From NCBI GenBank assembly GCA_043228905.1, contig JBHGNT010000003.1, positions 20,398,001 to 20,462,000 of the forward strand: a stretch of DNA of 64,000 nt, written 5' to 3'. This document shows positions 23,101-36,910 of this stretch, one piece after another. The first letter of the stretch is position 1, and each line of letters begins with the position of its first letter. The stretch comes from Azolla caroliniana (lineage: Eukaryota > Plantae > Polypodiophyta). The notes below the pieces were generated by a model that saw only the letters and a list, made by a program, of their open reading frames with translations, was not told where the DNA came from and made no database searches. The position numbers were made by a program, and so were the translations under genes.

Positions 23101-26100
23101 ACGGGAACTCATTGAAGCCATTTATGGTTGGAACCTAACATTTAAACCTTTTTGATATTATGGATTCCTATTGAGAATGTCAATTATTACAATACAGAAT
23201 GTATACAAGAGTATGGTATGATTTGTATGTAGGGTGGTCATTACTTTCAAGAAACATAGGAGAAATATTGTTTGGTGGTGATGTCAAAGTGGGTAAAATT
23301 ATAGTATTGTTTCATGATGTGGTACACTACATATTGAAGCCATATTTTTAATCTACAAGAAAAGCATAAAGTGAATAAAGTCGAAGCATAAAAATCTCGA
23401 CAATATTCAACACACATACACACTTCATTCAAGAGAAACTCTAGGTTGACGCCCTTAATCCAAAAGTTGAGATGTTTTCATATGCATACAATAAACATTG
23501 CTAAAATATGGAAAGCTTTAGGATATATTGGAACAATGTTGCATTTTGTAATCAATAAAAAGAATGTCATTGAACTTATTGGTTGAAATGCATAAGAATA
23601 TTCTTTTCATTGTCATGAATCGTCAAGCATGATGACGTTTTACGATGCAAAGTTTTACAATACTTTTGTTTCATATACAACCCTGATTTAATACCATGCC
23701 AAATGTTGTGTGTGGATGAATACAACAGAGATGCAAGCATTTTTTCAAAAGTCCATTGGTTTAAATCATATTGCACATTAACCTAAGCCTGATAGATAAA
23801 ATATTAGAAAACATTCCAATGATGTTGGCCAACGTGTAGGTTTTGGAAGCTTTTTATAGACTCTAGCTACAATTTCTTTACTCCAAAAGATATATATGCA
23901 TACCAAACAACAAAATAGTCCTTTGGGAATTCCATCGATTAAAAACAAAATCGAGTCTCAGCGTGGTCCAAGATATTAAGAATTTCAAAATATTTCGAAC
24001 TCAATCAAAAGTATGTAGATTTTAGAAACCTTTTGCATATCACCAAGTACTATTTCTTACCTCAAAAGAAATATATAAGGAACAAATTCCAAAATGTGAA
24101 AAGAATATGAAAATGTCTCGAATATGTTAACCAAATTTGGAATGTTGAGTTAGGGATAAGTAACATTGATGATTAGATTTCTAAATTCCGATTTTTAGGA
24201 GTTGAAACAATGTCACTAATATGATCCAAACCACAAGGAAATATAAATCAAACCCATATGAAGATTAAAATGGCTTCCATCCAGTGACCGGGTGTTGTAA
24301 CTATGTATAGATATAGTACAAATTACTAGGTTATAGGAGTTGTGTTGGATACTTTTGTTGAAAATGAGGTGGGGATTATGTCCACTTTGGTGAGAAGGCT
24401 AGAGTGAGGGTTGCTATATTTTTGGTGGTCTATGATATAATTGTTTGCTAACTAATGCGAAGTAGTGTTTTTTTGGAAAAAAATAAAATGGCATGGACTT
24501 ATAAAGAATCACCATCTTATCACCTACTACACATAATTTTATCACTTATACATCACTCTATATTAAGGACTCTTTATTAAGGGAGACATGTTGGCCTTTT
24601 GGCCATTTCACACTTGTGGAAACAACTCTAAGATGAAGCAAAGAAGATGGCTACCATGCTCTTATTACTAAGGATGAGTGTTGCACTAGAGAGGGAAATG
24701 AAGCCATGCCAAAAGTCAATCCCTTAACTCCCTTAGGATTTGCTTCACAATATTAGAAGAGCAAGATAGGATTCTAGGGCATCAACTTGATGAGATTGGG
24801 AGTAAACTCGTCCATGCATATCACATGACCATCATTGTGGCAAACCAAAAGGGTTTGGGCTTTCCAATTGCATTGAACAACAATTTGCCCACCTTGCATG
24901 ACTGATGACACTATTGTTAATGTTCAATGCTTTGAAGACATGTTGTCAGGTCATATCATTACATATGCAAGCCGAACCGTTCTCATAGGAATGACACATG
25001 GCGACAATCTGAAGCAACACTAGTTCAACTACATTCACAATATTATGATTAGTTGACAACATACATGCATGTTCACTACAGATGACGTTAATATCGTAGA
25101 AAAGATGTTGGCAAAAAGAGTTGAGCACAATTGCATAGATTTATCAATCATTGACTAGTTTAGATAAACTCGTGGACTAGAGAAATAGGGGGAAGGAGTT
25201 GTTAGTTGTAGATAGAGACAATTGTGGCTGATTAGTAAGGGTATTATTGAGTGGAATCTTATTTAATGTGTGCACAATTTGGGGTGGGGGTGGGGGGGCC
25301 TTGGAGAAATTAGGAGAATTACCCTATGTAATATATTTTCACTAATTTCCTAGTATTCATTGTGAGATTGTTCCTCATTATACTATTTGATGTGACAATT
25401 GCATCACTGATCCAACAACCATAGCTAGTAGAAATGTACTTGAGAGCACAAAACAATAAGGTCAAGTATACTATTGATTTTTTTGTACAGTTTGGGACAA
25501 CCTTGTGTAATGCAATGATGTATTGACAAGTTACATGGGGTTGTACTAATAGCACAAGAGAAGGCATTCATTCAACATAAATAAATAGACTTGATGATGC
25601 TATTCATGGGCAAAGGAACTTATAAGCTACAACTTAAGGAAGCAACTTACAATAGCAATGAGAAGCACAAGTAATTAAGGAAGAAGACATCAACAAACTA
25701 CATAACAATAGGGGTAAGAGTTCATGGTAATCTCTTTCTATACCCAATAGGAATTAAAGCTTTGAAGCTATGGCCACCATCAGCTTATGTATGATATAAT
25801 CCCTTATTCGAAACATATAGTTGCATCTAAAGTCTACATCTTTTGCAGAGAACTAATGACATGCAAATACTCTAAGGAGCATTTTCACCACTACAATAAA
25901 TCCAACCATACCATACATTTCAACATAGAGCACATCATGTTTAGCAATTTTCATAATCCTATGGTTTACTTTGATCCTCCACCATGTACTCTACATCATG
26001 ATAACTGGGTTAGAATGATGCGTGGATACTCGTCATTACAATAAGGATGTTATAAGGTTTTACAGTAACAGCCTATATATTATATAAACTAGAAGGTGAA

Positions 26101-26801
26101 TCACCTCACTACAACTAGTCATTTAATCAAACATTGAAAATTTTACTAGGGATTCCTTCCTGTCAAATCTTAAAAGAAAGCATATGTACAATATTCTATA
26201 CATACATATACCGCAAAGATCCACGTTTACACAAAAACCTACCACAACCAAGGATTACGTTTGAATTTGCTATTTTTTAATGAAGTAGAATATAATTGGT
26301 GGAGTATAGTAAAATAAAATATTATTAACCATTCTTCATTTACGAAAATTTGGCATTCTGTACGCCAATTTAATGGAGTTAACCATGTATAAACTGTCTT
26401 ATATTATGTTTTTACCGTCTTTTAAGTTTTCACCCATTATTTTATATTTGCTTTGTTGTGTCTGTCCAAAAAGGGGAACCTACTGGTGCCATCAATGCTC
26501 CATCAGCTACTTGTCTAAAGAGCTCTCCATAGAATTTAGCAACTGCTGCAACATCTCTTATCTCCTTACAACTATTATCAGAAGGCTCATCTTCAGAGTC
26601 TTTACCATGAACTCTGGCATTTCCCATCTTAGCAAATGTAGCTAATGGTCGTGAATCAAATTATTATATAAAAAATTACATGTTCTTGAAATTCTCAATT
26701 GAGCAAGAACAGCTATATTTTAACCATAGTCTGGTATCACATAAAATACAAGATTATACCCACAAACCACAGCTGAAAAAAATCATATATCGATATTAAT
26801 G

Positions 26802-29800
26802 TTATGCTCCTGGTAGAAACGGAAGGTGCACCTGAGAGGCTGCTATATATGTTACAACACCTGCAACATAACCTGCAAAAGCAAAGCCACTTACCTGCGA
26901 AATGATATGTTCATTAGTATTAACAAAAACCTTCAATGAATAGAAGCATATATTGAATATAGCTGTGGGCATCTACATATCTTCTTTGACCATCAATGTA
27001 TATGAGCAAGCATACAATGCTGGTAGAAAATGAGAACTGAGACAAAATACCACAATGTCTAAGCTACATGTACCAATACTATTATCCAACAAAAACTAAC
27101 AATGACACAGCCTCCACTGACGGGAGGTATGAAGTACAATATTAGAGAAAGCCAGCCATCCTGTGAACGCCCATTATCCTAGGCTATTATATTTGACCAG
27201 ACCATGTGCAGGACTATCCAATATTGCATGTATTGCTCCCATCTAGAGATAAACTAAGATGAAAAGAGTGAAATGATCAGAGAATATATCATGAAGTTAT
27301 AAAAAGAACAGACTTGGATACATCATTGGCCTTCAGGTCACAGTTGTTATAAAGATGGGTCACTATCAGTGCCACTTCTTACACCTACCACCAAACGCAA
27401 TTCGCAAACACAATTTCAGTGTGATAGGACAAACTAAGGTCTCTTTGTGACTCTTCGACCTGGAGGATGGCTACAACACCCTTTTCATTTGCGCACTTCA
27501 AAATAATGGGATATGAAAGTCAAAGATATTTCGGGTTATCCTAGCTAGAGTTCATGCGACTTGATAAATGATAGGAGAAAAACGTGTCCTAGACCATGAC
27601 CCTTACACCCTTTTTATCATCAAATGAAGGGCATCATCAGTCAACATAGGAGCCCATTTCCTCGCTTCTAATATATCTCTATCTAGGACCTGCTTATGAT
27701 ATGTTGAAGAGAAACCATTTCCAGCTTCCTTGAGTAGATATTGGTCCTTAACATAGGAGTCCATTTCCTCGCTTCTAATATATCTCTATCTAGGACATGC
27801 TTATGATATGTTGACGAGAAACCATTTCCAGCTTCCTTGAGTAGATATTGGTCCTCAACTTCACTATTGTAAACATCCAAATACAGTAGGTGGCATTTAA
27901 GTAATCTCCTCATTTCACATGCCTCACAATTTTATATATATAATGCAGAGAATAGATTGTGGCCCAAAAATGTCTGAAATGAGATTGTAAAACCATCAAA
28001 ATATTTCTAACGAGACTTATATGTAAATTCTTGATGAAATTTTCATACCTTCTTCATATACCAAAAGAAATCGGCTCTTTCCATGCCCATAAATGCGACT
28101 CCAGCAGCAGACCCAATGATTAGAATGGAACCACCAGTACCAGCACAATAAGCTATCAGTTGCCAAAGTCTAGAATCCATTGGCCAGTCAGACAAGTTAT
28201 ACATTCCCATAGAGGCTGCTACCAAAGGAACATTGTCTATAACTGCAGAAGCAACACCGATGGCACTAGCAATTAGCTCTACACTTGGTATGTGTGTATC
28301 CAGATAGGTTGCTAGTTCTCGAAGGACTCCCCCAGCTTGTAAACTGCTCATAAGAATTGCATTTTCAGAACATCTTCATATTAGAATGATAGAAGTCTAG
28401 TAAACAATGCAGCCAGGAAAAACAAACCTTCCCACTGAAAGGAGAATTCCAAGGAAAAACAGAACACCCTGTGTGTCTATTCTAGAAAGAGCCTGGGGAA
28501 CTTTCAGTTTTTGTCTTTCAGAGTCACCATAATGGATTGCATCGGTTAGTAACCAGAGAACACCAAGGCCAAGAAGCATTCCAAGGTATGGAGGAAGACC
28601 AGTTAGAGCTTTGAAAACTGGGACAAACAGCAACGCCCCAACACCAACACCAAAGACAAGCTGGCCTCTGGGTGCCATTTGCTCTGTTGACAACATGGGC
28701 TTCAGTTCTTTCCCGTTCACATCACTGCACAGCTATCAATTATCAAGAATATTATAAATGAAAAGGAAAACCTCCAAAATATCTCAAAGTTTTTCTTTGA
28801 CGTTTTTGTTATTTCATGCTGTTAGTCACCCCCCCCCCCCCCCCCTTCCCCCATGAGAGAAAAAAGGGATGAATTGAGCATATAATTCCTCAAATAACAC
28901 ATACTAAGTGACTTCATAACTGCTCAAATACCATACATGATTGCTCAGGAGGAGGTTGCCAAGCCCATTTAGGGAAATAATGAAACCTCACAAGTATTTG
29001 GGGAGATAAAGAAAAACTCAAGGTGCTTTGGAGTTTTTTCCTAGATAAAACCCTTGTGGAACCATCTAAGCTACTTGCCTGCTGAGGGAAATCAATGCCA
29101 ATGGAACAATCAACGACACAGCTGATGGTAAAAATAAGTCCTGCCATACAAACATATAATATATGAGAAGGAATTCTCTACATCTATTTGTATGCTCAAA
29201 TTCTCATGCCCAGGAACCTGGATAGTTCTGACAGTGGAAATTTGTCCATGAATCCATAACATTGTGGTTGTTACATCTCCTATAGGAGTCCATGCACCAC
29301 CAGCATTTGCTGCAATAACTACTACTGCTCCAAACAATCTATACATGACAAGTTTTCATTATTAGAATAACTCCAAGTGCATTTTCCAAAGAGCTCATCC
29401 AAAATTAATTCTATAAGTCATGTTTAACAAAATTTTGTGAAAGACGCCTCAAGAGAGTCCCCTTCACATGTAAAAAAATTCACTATGGACTAGCTTAACC
29501 CATTAATCCCCATCATACATGACACGCGTCAGAGAGGTGGGAAGGAATACTTCCTACAGAGAATGAAGAGTTTGGTAGCTCAAGCTAAGCTTTATAAAAT
29601 GACAGCCTTTGTTTCTCTCACAGAAAATATTTTCCTGGTAAAATTCTGAACCAAACCTCCTACGGAGAGCAAAGAGTTTGGCAGCTTAGCAAAATTTGGA
29701 AACCAAACCTCGTTTAGCAAAATTCATTGTACCATAGCTAGAAAAGGTATACATATGTTATTAATGAGAGGATTCCGTTGCATGATCAGTATGAAGGAAA

Positions 29801-32800
29801 AAAACTGCAAACCAGCTAAACCCAGCATATACATGTTAAGAGAGATAAATTTCCTTAAAAAAATCTAAAATCTGAATGCTTCAGTTTACTCTCAAAGTTT
29901 ACTCAAAAGCTTTGATGTCTCTCAGAACCAAATTGCCATCACGCACTAAATCACCACTATTTACAGGCATAAAATAAAATACAATTTAATATATTAAAAA
30001 GATAAGAAATATCCACATACAATCATCTAAATCTTTGAAAGATGTTGCTATTGCATAGAGCAAGTTAGGGATAGAACTTTGGACATAAATGAAGTTAGTT
30101 GTGAAAATTAAAATCCGTTTTGATATGTTCAAAAGATAGCCAATATCACACAATCACATCTATGAAAATAAAGAGATAGCAGATACAGTAATGCAAATTT
30201 GTGAAAACCTTCTCAAATCTCGATCAGGGACAAGTTTGCGAAGAAGTGACACCATCACAATCGTTGAGGTCAGATTGTCAAGTATTGAACTTAAAAAGAA
30301 GGTCACAATCCCTATCTGCAGAATATTGTTTCTTATTCAGTACATATTCAGACGGCATTCAAATGAAAACAGATAGTTGAAACTTTTGATTACAGATTAA
30401 TATAAAACTTCTGCACTTTAAGAAGATATAAAATATTTTCTCCAGTCATTGTGACATCTTTCTGATTATAGCTCTAAATATTAACCTAAATTTTTAAGTG
30501 ACTACTCACAGCAAGCTAATGGGCTTTCTTTGAGATTATCGGAAGGTAGTATAATATACAACTGATCTGGGTAGTGCAACAAGGATGCATGCTGGAGATC
30601 TGATGTGCATGTCACATGAACCAAAAATAACAATGTGACATTACTCTGTAAGTAATGAAGGAAATACTTCAACTATCTAGGTTGGATGCTTCTACAGACA
30701 CAAAATGTCAGCCATTTCCCAGGTCATTGAATGAGATCATTTGACTTCAAATTTTTATGATCCCCAAAAAGTGCAACATTTATGTAATTTTAACAAAAAA
30801 CCAATATTTCTGACATATATAAAAGGATCCTAAAATAAATAGTTAGGGAGATAGATAGAAAACTAATTAGCATACCGCCCATAACAGAGTTCGAGGCTTT
30901 CGAGTTGTAATTGAGTTGGTAATGAGCTTAAAGCCTTGGTGTGCATCAATGATCTCTACTATCGTCATTGCACCTAGCAGGAAAAAAACAATTTCACTCA
31001 CTTCTGCAGATGACTCTGTCAGCTGAGCAATGGTCTCATCGGGACTTGCAGCCTGCACAGATAAATTAAATATTAACTTCTTTTTAATTGGTGTTTAAGG
31101 TACAAACAAGTCTTCCCTACTGAAAGCATGGATATAGACTGGTGTTAAACCTTCTTCCCTTGTATGTTTTCCTTTCTATTTTTCCTTTTTTTCTTCTTCT
31201 TCTTCTTCTCCCATATCTCTCACCCACCAGCCATGTTGGCTTCACATGGGTGTAAAATTAATGAAAAATATTTTGCCTTTGCGGTTTTGAAGCAGTTTAA
31301 GCCAATTTTGATGTTTGAAAAGTTATCAGAAGGCTTCCTTTGATTGCAATATTTACCTCACAAACAATGCATGCCACAGATTGGCCATATAAGATGAAAT
31401 TGCCAAAAAGAATTTAAACAGACAGATTAGAGGAGCGGATTTGCAAATTTAACATGTTTCTCTTTTGACATAATCTAATCTAATTTAGTGAATACGCTAC
31501 TCTAAGTGTGATGTCTGAAAGTGATTGTGTATTTGTAGATATACTGATGTACAACACACACACGCAGAGGAAGAAATACCCCAGTACTCCGAATGACCCA
31601 CAAAGTTACAGCCATTAAAAGCCCAACTCCGCTCTTATTAAATGCCAGAGATTCTTCAAAAATAACTCCGGCATAGCCCAATATGAAGACTATTATCATA
31701 GCCAAATCCTGCATTAAGTAGAAGCGTCATAATCGTACTAGATAAGAATCTGTAAGAAACAAATACAACGAAGCAATACCTGGTTCTCTGCCACCCATGA
31801 ATGGTTAATTATTGCAGCTCCAGCAAGAACACCTGTACTTATAGCAATAAATTTGAGCAAATCTGTTTTGGGCTTATAGTTTGATTCATATTCAAATGAA
31901 CTCATCTCATCCACAGAGCATAAGGGATCACAGACATCTGAAGTAAGATCCTGCAAGCAATAACCCCATAATAAAAAATAAAGTACTTTCTCTATAAAGT
32001 ACAGTTCATTCCAGAAAGAATTTGACCCTAGATTGAAGTTTTGTTAACATGCATAATCTCGTAAGGCCTACCCCTTCGGTAAACTATTATTAAGACCATT
32101 GTCAAGCCATTAAGGGTTTACCATAAGCAGAACTATCTCAAACCAGCAAAAGAATATGGCCATCTTATTGAGAAGAAAGCATGTGCTCCACTTTCCTAAC
32201 AAGTTAGAACCTTTGTGAGAAATGCAGGGTTGCATATGTTAGCGCAGGGAAACATTGTTTATTTGTAATAATTTCTAAAATAGAATTTCCCCCTCTGCCT
32301 TCTTCCCTCTTGCGTTTCCCAATTTCTGACAAAAGTACACTCGGATCCTCCATAATACTTCATTATGTTACAACTTTAAAGTTATTATTATGTTTAAATA
32401 CATAATATGCAAATTATGTTGTTTAATATCATAAATTAATATGTGGATTAACTATGTCATAGTTATGCACATTTTACATTCTACAAATTAACTTATGTTT
32501 TCCAGTTACTCAATAGTGCAACAGCTAAAGACATTTTTTTTTGGAAATATTTCATTGGCAGGGCGGGCACCAGATTTTACTACTCCAATCTATGCTTTTG
32601 AATTAATTTTTCTATGTTAATAGAGGTTTGTTGAAGTGCTTAATGAGGAAAGGAGAACAAATTGGATGATGTACCCTTCAATCCATTAATAGCAGTTACG
32701 GGATGAGTTATGAATCTTCTATTGATTCTCTAATCTATGCAAGAACAGACTTAATAACAGATACAGGACAACTTACAAGTCTTACAATGTTTTCTAATCT

Positions 32801-35394
32801 ATCTACGATTCATTTGAGACAGCAATAGGCACTGTTAGGCCAATTGATGTGCAAAGTTAATTTGAGCAGTTATAAAATGTTGGTAGTGTTGATTTCCTCT
32901 ACTGCCCAAAGTAAGACGAAGCTATTTAGTTTCCAAACATAAAGCCAGTTGAGCAAAATTTATGCCCATGCCATAACTACTGCATGGAAGGTATTTGTGA
33001 CTGAGGGTCTGCTTCAAACACTCTTATCAATGTTACAAGTGATACTCTCAACTATTGTAAACCGTTTCAGTATCAAGGGGATCATGAGACAATAAACCAT
33101 TTGATAATCCGCCAAACTATGAGCTGGTGTATATGTTTACCAGCTCAGTAATTCCAGTTAAAATTTTCCTAGGTACGATTAACTACTGCATGGAAGGTAT
33201 TTGTGACTGAGGGTCTGCTTCAAACACTCTTATCAATGTTACAAGTGATACTCTCAACTATTGTAAACCGTTTCAGTATCAAGGGGATCATGAGACAATA
33301 AACCATTTGATAATCCGCCAAACTATGAGCTGGTGTATATGTTTACCAGCTCAGTAATTCCAGTTAAAATTTTCCTAGGTACGATTAACTACTGCATGGA
33401 AGGTATTTGTGACTGAGGGTCTGCTTCAAACACTCTTATCAATGTTACAAGTGATACTCTCAACTATTGTAAACCGTTTCAGTATCAAGGGGATCATGAG
33501 ACAATAAACCATTTGATAATCCGCCAAACTATGAGCTGGTGTATATGTTTACCAGCTCAGTAATTCCAGTTAAAATTTTCCTAGGTACGATTAGCCACCT
33601 TTCAAAACATCTAGGTAAACCATAAATTCAATCAGTCAAGTAGCTGAAGTTCTGTACCCAGGTGGCAGTGTTTCTGAATCAGCAACAAACTTATTAAGTG
33701 ACTAGTTAATTCAAGAACTAGATAATAACCACTAGAAATAGTGTTGTCACAAGGAAGTCTTACATAAATTCTCTTTTATGGCATTTTTCTGTTTTTACTT
33801 TCTTCTCAAAACTCTTGAATCAGTTCCCTATGCCAGACGAGTGACGGATGACTGGTCCCCTCAGTGCGTGGTTGGTCATGTGTGGAGATGTGGGTGTCTA
33901 ATTGAAAATTGTGCCCCATAAAGTCGTTTAAAAGTTATAAGTGAACGAGCTAAGACTTTCTCTAAGAGGCAACATTTTACACCATTAGATACTTTCTTAT
34001 TCAAACAAACCTCTTTTTTAATGTAAAATTTAATTCAATTTCAGATAGAGAATTATTTAGAGTGCGGGAATCATAGTTGATTTTGTCTCTTTGTTCGTTA
34101 TGTGATCAGTGCAATATACATTGGAAGCTCTACATACGAGTTTCAGTTGTTGAAATAGGATTAAACTGCTGGCTGTGTTTCTAGGGGTTTGTTGTATATA
34201 TAAGGTTATTTGAGGTAATATTTTTCCACAAATTTCTGTAAAAAATAAAAATATGAAACTTCAGCATTGGAGAGGACAAGAAATTGGAGAGATTTTCTGT
34301 ACCAGTAAGAGCATAAACATAGTGATTGATTTCAAGAATATTTCAGAGAACGCGCCCAAACACAGCAATTTGCATAAAGAAAGGACATTTATCATCTATA
34401 CTAGTAAATTATGCATGTGGCATCTGACTCAAACCAGACATATTTAATACTGTTAACAAAATATCACAAAGGTATAGGGGTCAAACAGAGATTTTATACA
34501 GTTTTGTAAAAGAGACCAAACACTGTTTCTTTTGGCATAAAAGAAATAGTAGAATATTTTCAGATATTATTAACAACGCACGCATGCAGGATATAGACTC
34601 AAATTAAAAAAGAAACTATGTTTCAAACAAATGGATTGCAATCAAAATTTTCGATAGAAGGACAGAAGATGCTTTAGAAGAAACAAAGCGTATACTTTTT
34701 AATAAAAGGATTTTCGTTTTGGAAATCAGAAGGCTGATTTTGTCTCAGAACTTACAGATCCTATACTTCTGAGAAAAGAATTCCAAAATCAAAGTTTTGG
34801 ATAGAGAAGTAAAATGATTTGCCTCAGGACATAAATAGTTTACACTTTTAACAATAGGAATTTGAGATCGAATTTTTTAATAGAAAGACAGGCGGTGTTT
34901 CAGAATGTACAGGTTCCAAACAAAAATACGGATTTGCTTCACAAATGCAGAACTTACAGTTTCAACAAAAGGAATGTAAGAACAGGAAATACAAGAGAAT
35001 TGAGCAAGTTTTGAAACTGAAAGAGAGAGTGAAAACTAGCCTCAGGAAGGTTAGCGGAAGGAGGATCATCCCTCTCTGTTGAAGAAGAAGCTCGAACGAC
35101 GAGAGGATGGAAGAAGAAACGGGAGCTTGAAGAAGAAGAATTGCTTCCATGGCGAAAAAATGGAGAATTCTTTGACAGTGACGAGATTCCTCCTCTACTT
35201 ATGCGAGTGCTGATGCGGATCGAATCCGTTCTGGAAAAGGAGGAGGAAGAGATGATGAGGCGAGAAGGATGATACTGATCTCTGCTACAGATACAGCGCG
35301 GTACAGAAGAAGAAGAAGATGGAGACGGTGATGGTGATGGTGATGGAGATGGAAGCTTCAATATCTGCTGAAGACATGGTTGTGCCATCGCCAT
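26802..35394 (-). CDS. NHD1: Plastid envelope NhaD-type Na+/H+ antiporter; 10 exons (35394-35041, 31950-31780, 31708-31580, 31052-30876, 30315-30209, 29338-29218, 29140-29079, 28724-28428, 28343-28049, 26894-26802)
   Basis: Ser-rich transit peptide, then CDPLCSVDE, FEESLAFNKSGVGLLMAV, FFLLGAMTIVEIIDAHQGF, LDNLTSTIVMVSLL, AANAGGAWTPIGDVTTTMLW, DNVPLVAA and AGTGGSILIIGSAAGVAFMGME. All exon phases join in frame. Confidence 0.95.
27643..27855. repeat. Tandem duplication, 2 x 107 bp, in the last NHD1 intron
   Basis: AACATAGGAG.CCATTTCCTCGCTTC...GAGTAGATATTGGTCCT starts at 27643 and 27750, with only a few substitutions. Confidence 0.9.
32975..33592. repeat. Tandem triplication, 3 x 206 bp, in NHD1 intron 1
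   Basis: The unit AACTACTGCATGGAAGG...CCTAGGTACGATT starts at 32975, 33181 and 33387. The copies look identical by eye. Confidence 0.95.
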
Positions 35395-35754
35395 AGCCAG
35401 CCACCTGTTCGCGAGCGCCTCGCTGTCGCTGTCGCTCTGTGTCAGGCAAATATCATCATTACCAATTTGGTGTTGGAGGGGGAGAGGAGAGTAGGAGGAG
35501 TTTAAAACTAAAGAGGAAAAACCTCAGCCTTTCCTTTCCTTCCCAGAACTAAATGTGTGTGTGGACTGAGAGATGTACGTATTTATTAATCTATATGTAT
35601 GTACTATGTATGTATATAACAATGAGTTTCCTAGTAGTCTATACATACATACGTGTATATATATATATAATAGAGAGTGTCCTGTGGACACACATTCATT
35701 CTCTTCGCCTCTCGAGACGCCCACACCCACCACACTCGCAAACCGCAATAGAGG

Positions 35755-36910
35755 AGGAATTAGAATTAGAATTGGAATTTTTATCATCCATAAAGAGGCC
35801 AATTTTGACCTATGGGACCAGAGTATACATGTGTTCTTGATATACGTCTCCTTCCTAAGAAGGGGTATTCATATGTTGAAGCACAAAGTCTCTATGTGTT
35901 AATAAAGCATACACATATGAGCTCAACCTTCTAGGTGGTGTCTTAAGTATGGATCTTAAGTTATCACTCCCTCTTAGTATGTCAACATATTTTGAACGAA
36001 TTGCACTATATGTGGAGCATGTGAAGAGCAAGTGACATTCATCCTCTACCATGCCTTCATTGCATACTTTACATGACTTCAAATTCGTTACATTTTGATT
36101 CCATGATGCCACTTCTATACCTAACTTGTGAGATCGAGTGTGAAGTAGTGTAAGGGCTCTGTGAGCATTGCTACTCATATTGGTAATGAGATAAGGTTGG
36201 ATACGATCAATATACATTCTTGCTTTATATTGAGACCAACATTCAGGGTTGACATTTGCAATGTAGTATTCTAGCTTTGTCCCCTTAGCATCCTCTCACT
36301 TCATCCTTAATGATTCCACCAACCTTTTCCTCAATCATTACATATTGCATAGCATTGCCTGAAAGCTCTAAAAGATCATCCACACACCCCATCTTCTAAA
36401 CCATTTCTTTATGTCAACAACCCAACCAGATGAGAGAATCTTACTTTTATGATTCTTTTTTAGCTTACATCCAACATCCCAAGAAAGATGTGGTAATCGA
36501 TGATTCAACATATTCTTGACTTTTGTAATGTATTTATATACTCTTTGGAGTGCCAATAGTTCTATGGGTCGAACACCCGTTTCCAAGAGCATAACCTGGT
36601 AAGAGGTAGTGCATTTAACTCCTAATTGCCTCCTTAAAAACATCTTTTGAATTTTCTCAATCTCGTTCCATGCATTAAGAGAGATGGTGCCACCCCATAC
36701 TTCTACTTCATAAAGCAATACTTGAGTTACCATGGCATTGAACAACATTAATTTTACTTCCCATCCACAAGTATCACTTTGGTTGCATTGGTTCTCCAAA
36801 AGGTAATATGATTTCCAACCGGCTTGGAGTCTAGAATCAAAGCATGCACTCCATTTATTTGTGGCAGGTACATCAATACCAAGATATTTAAAGCTTTGAA
36901 CAATTTGTAT
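35755..36910 (-). mobile_element. 5'-truncated non-LTR retrotransposon (LINE, RTE/RTEX-like), 3' part of ORF2
   Basis: Translated fragments contain the RT-thumb motif FKYLG, LFNAMVTQVLLYEVEVWG, IEKIQKMFLRRQLGV and a C-terminal CKVC..EDECHLLFTC zinc-binding motif. The frame is interrupted by stops and frameshifts, and the element ends in a short (AATTCT)n-like tail. The clade assignment is tentative. Confidence 0.85.

Noticed and set aside
1563-35394. Functional cluster of plastid-targeted genes (ankyrin, PPRs, NHD1)
   Set aside because: Organelle-targeted genes are common and are interspersed here with unrelated genes, and there is no evidence of co-regulation.
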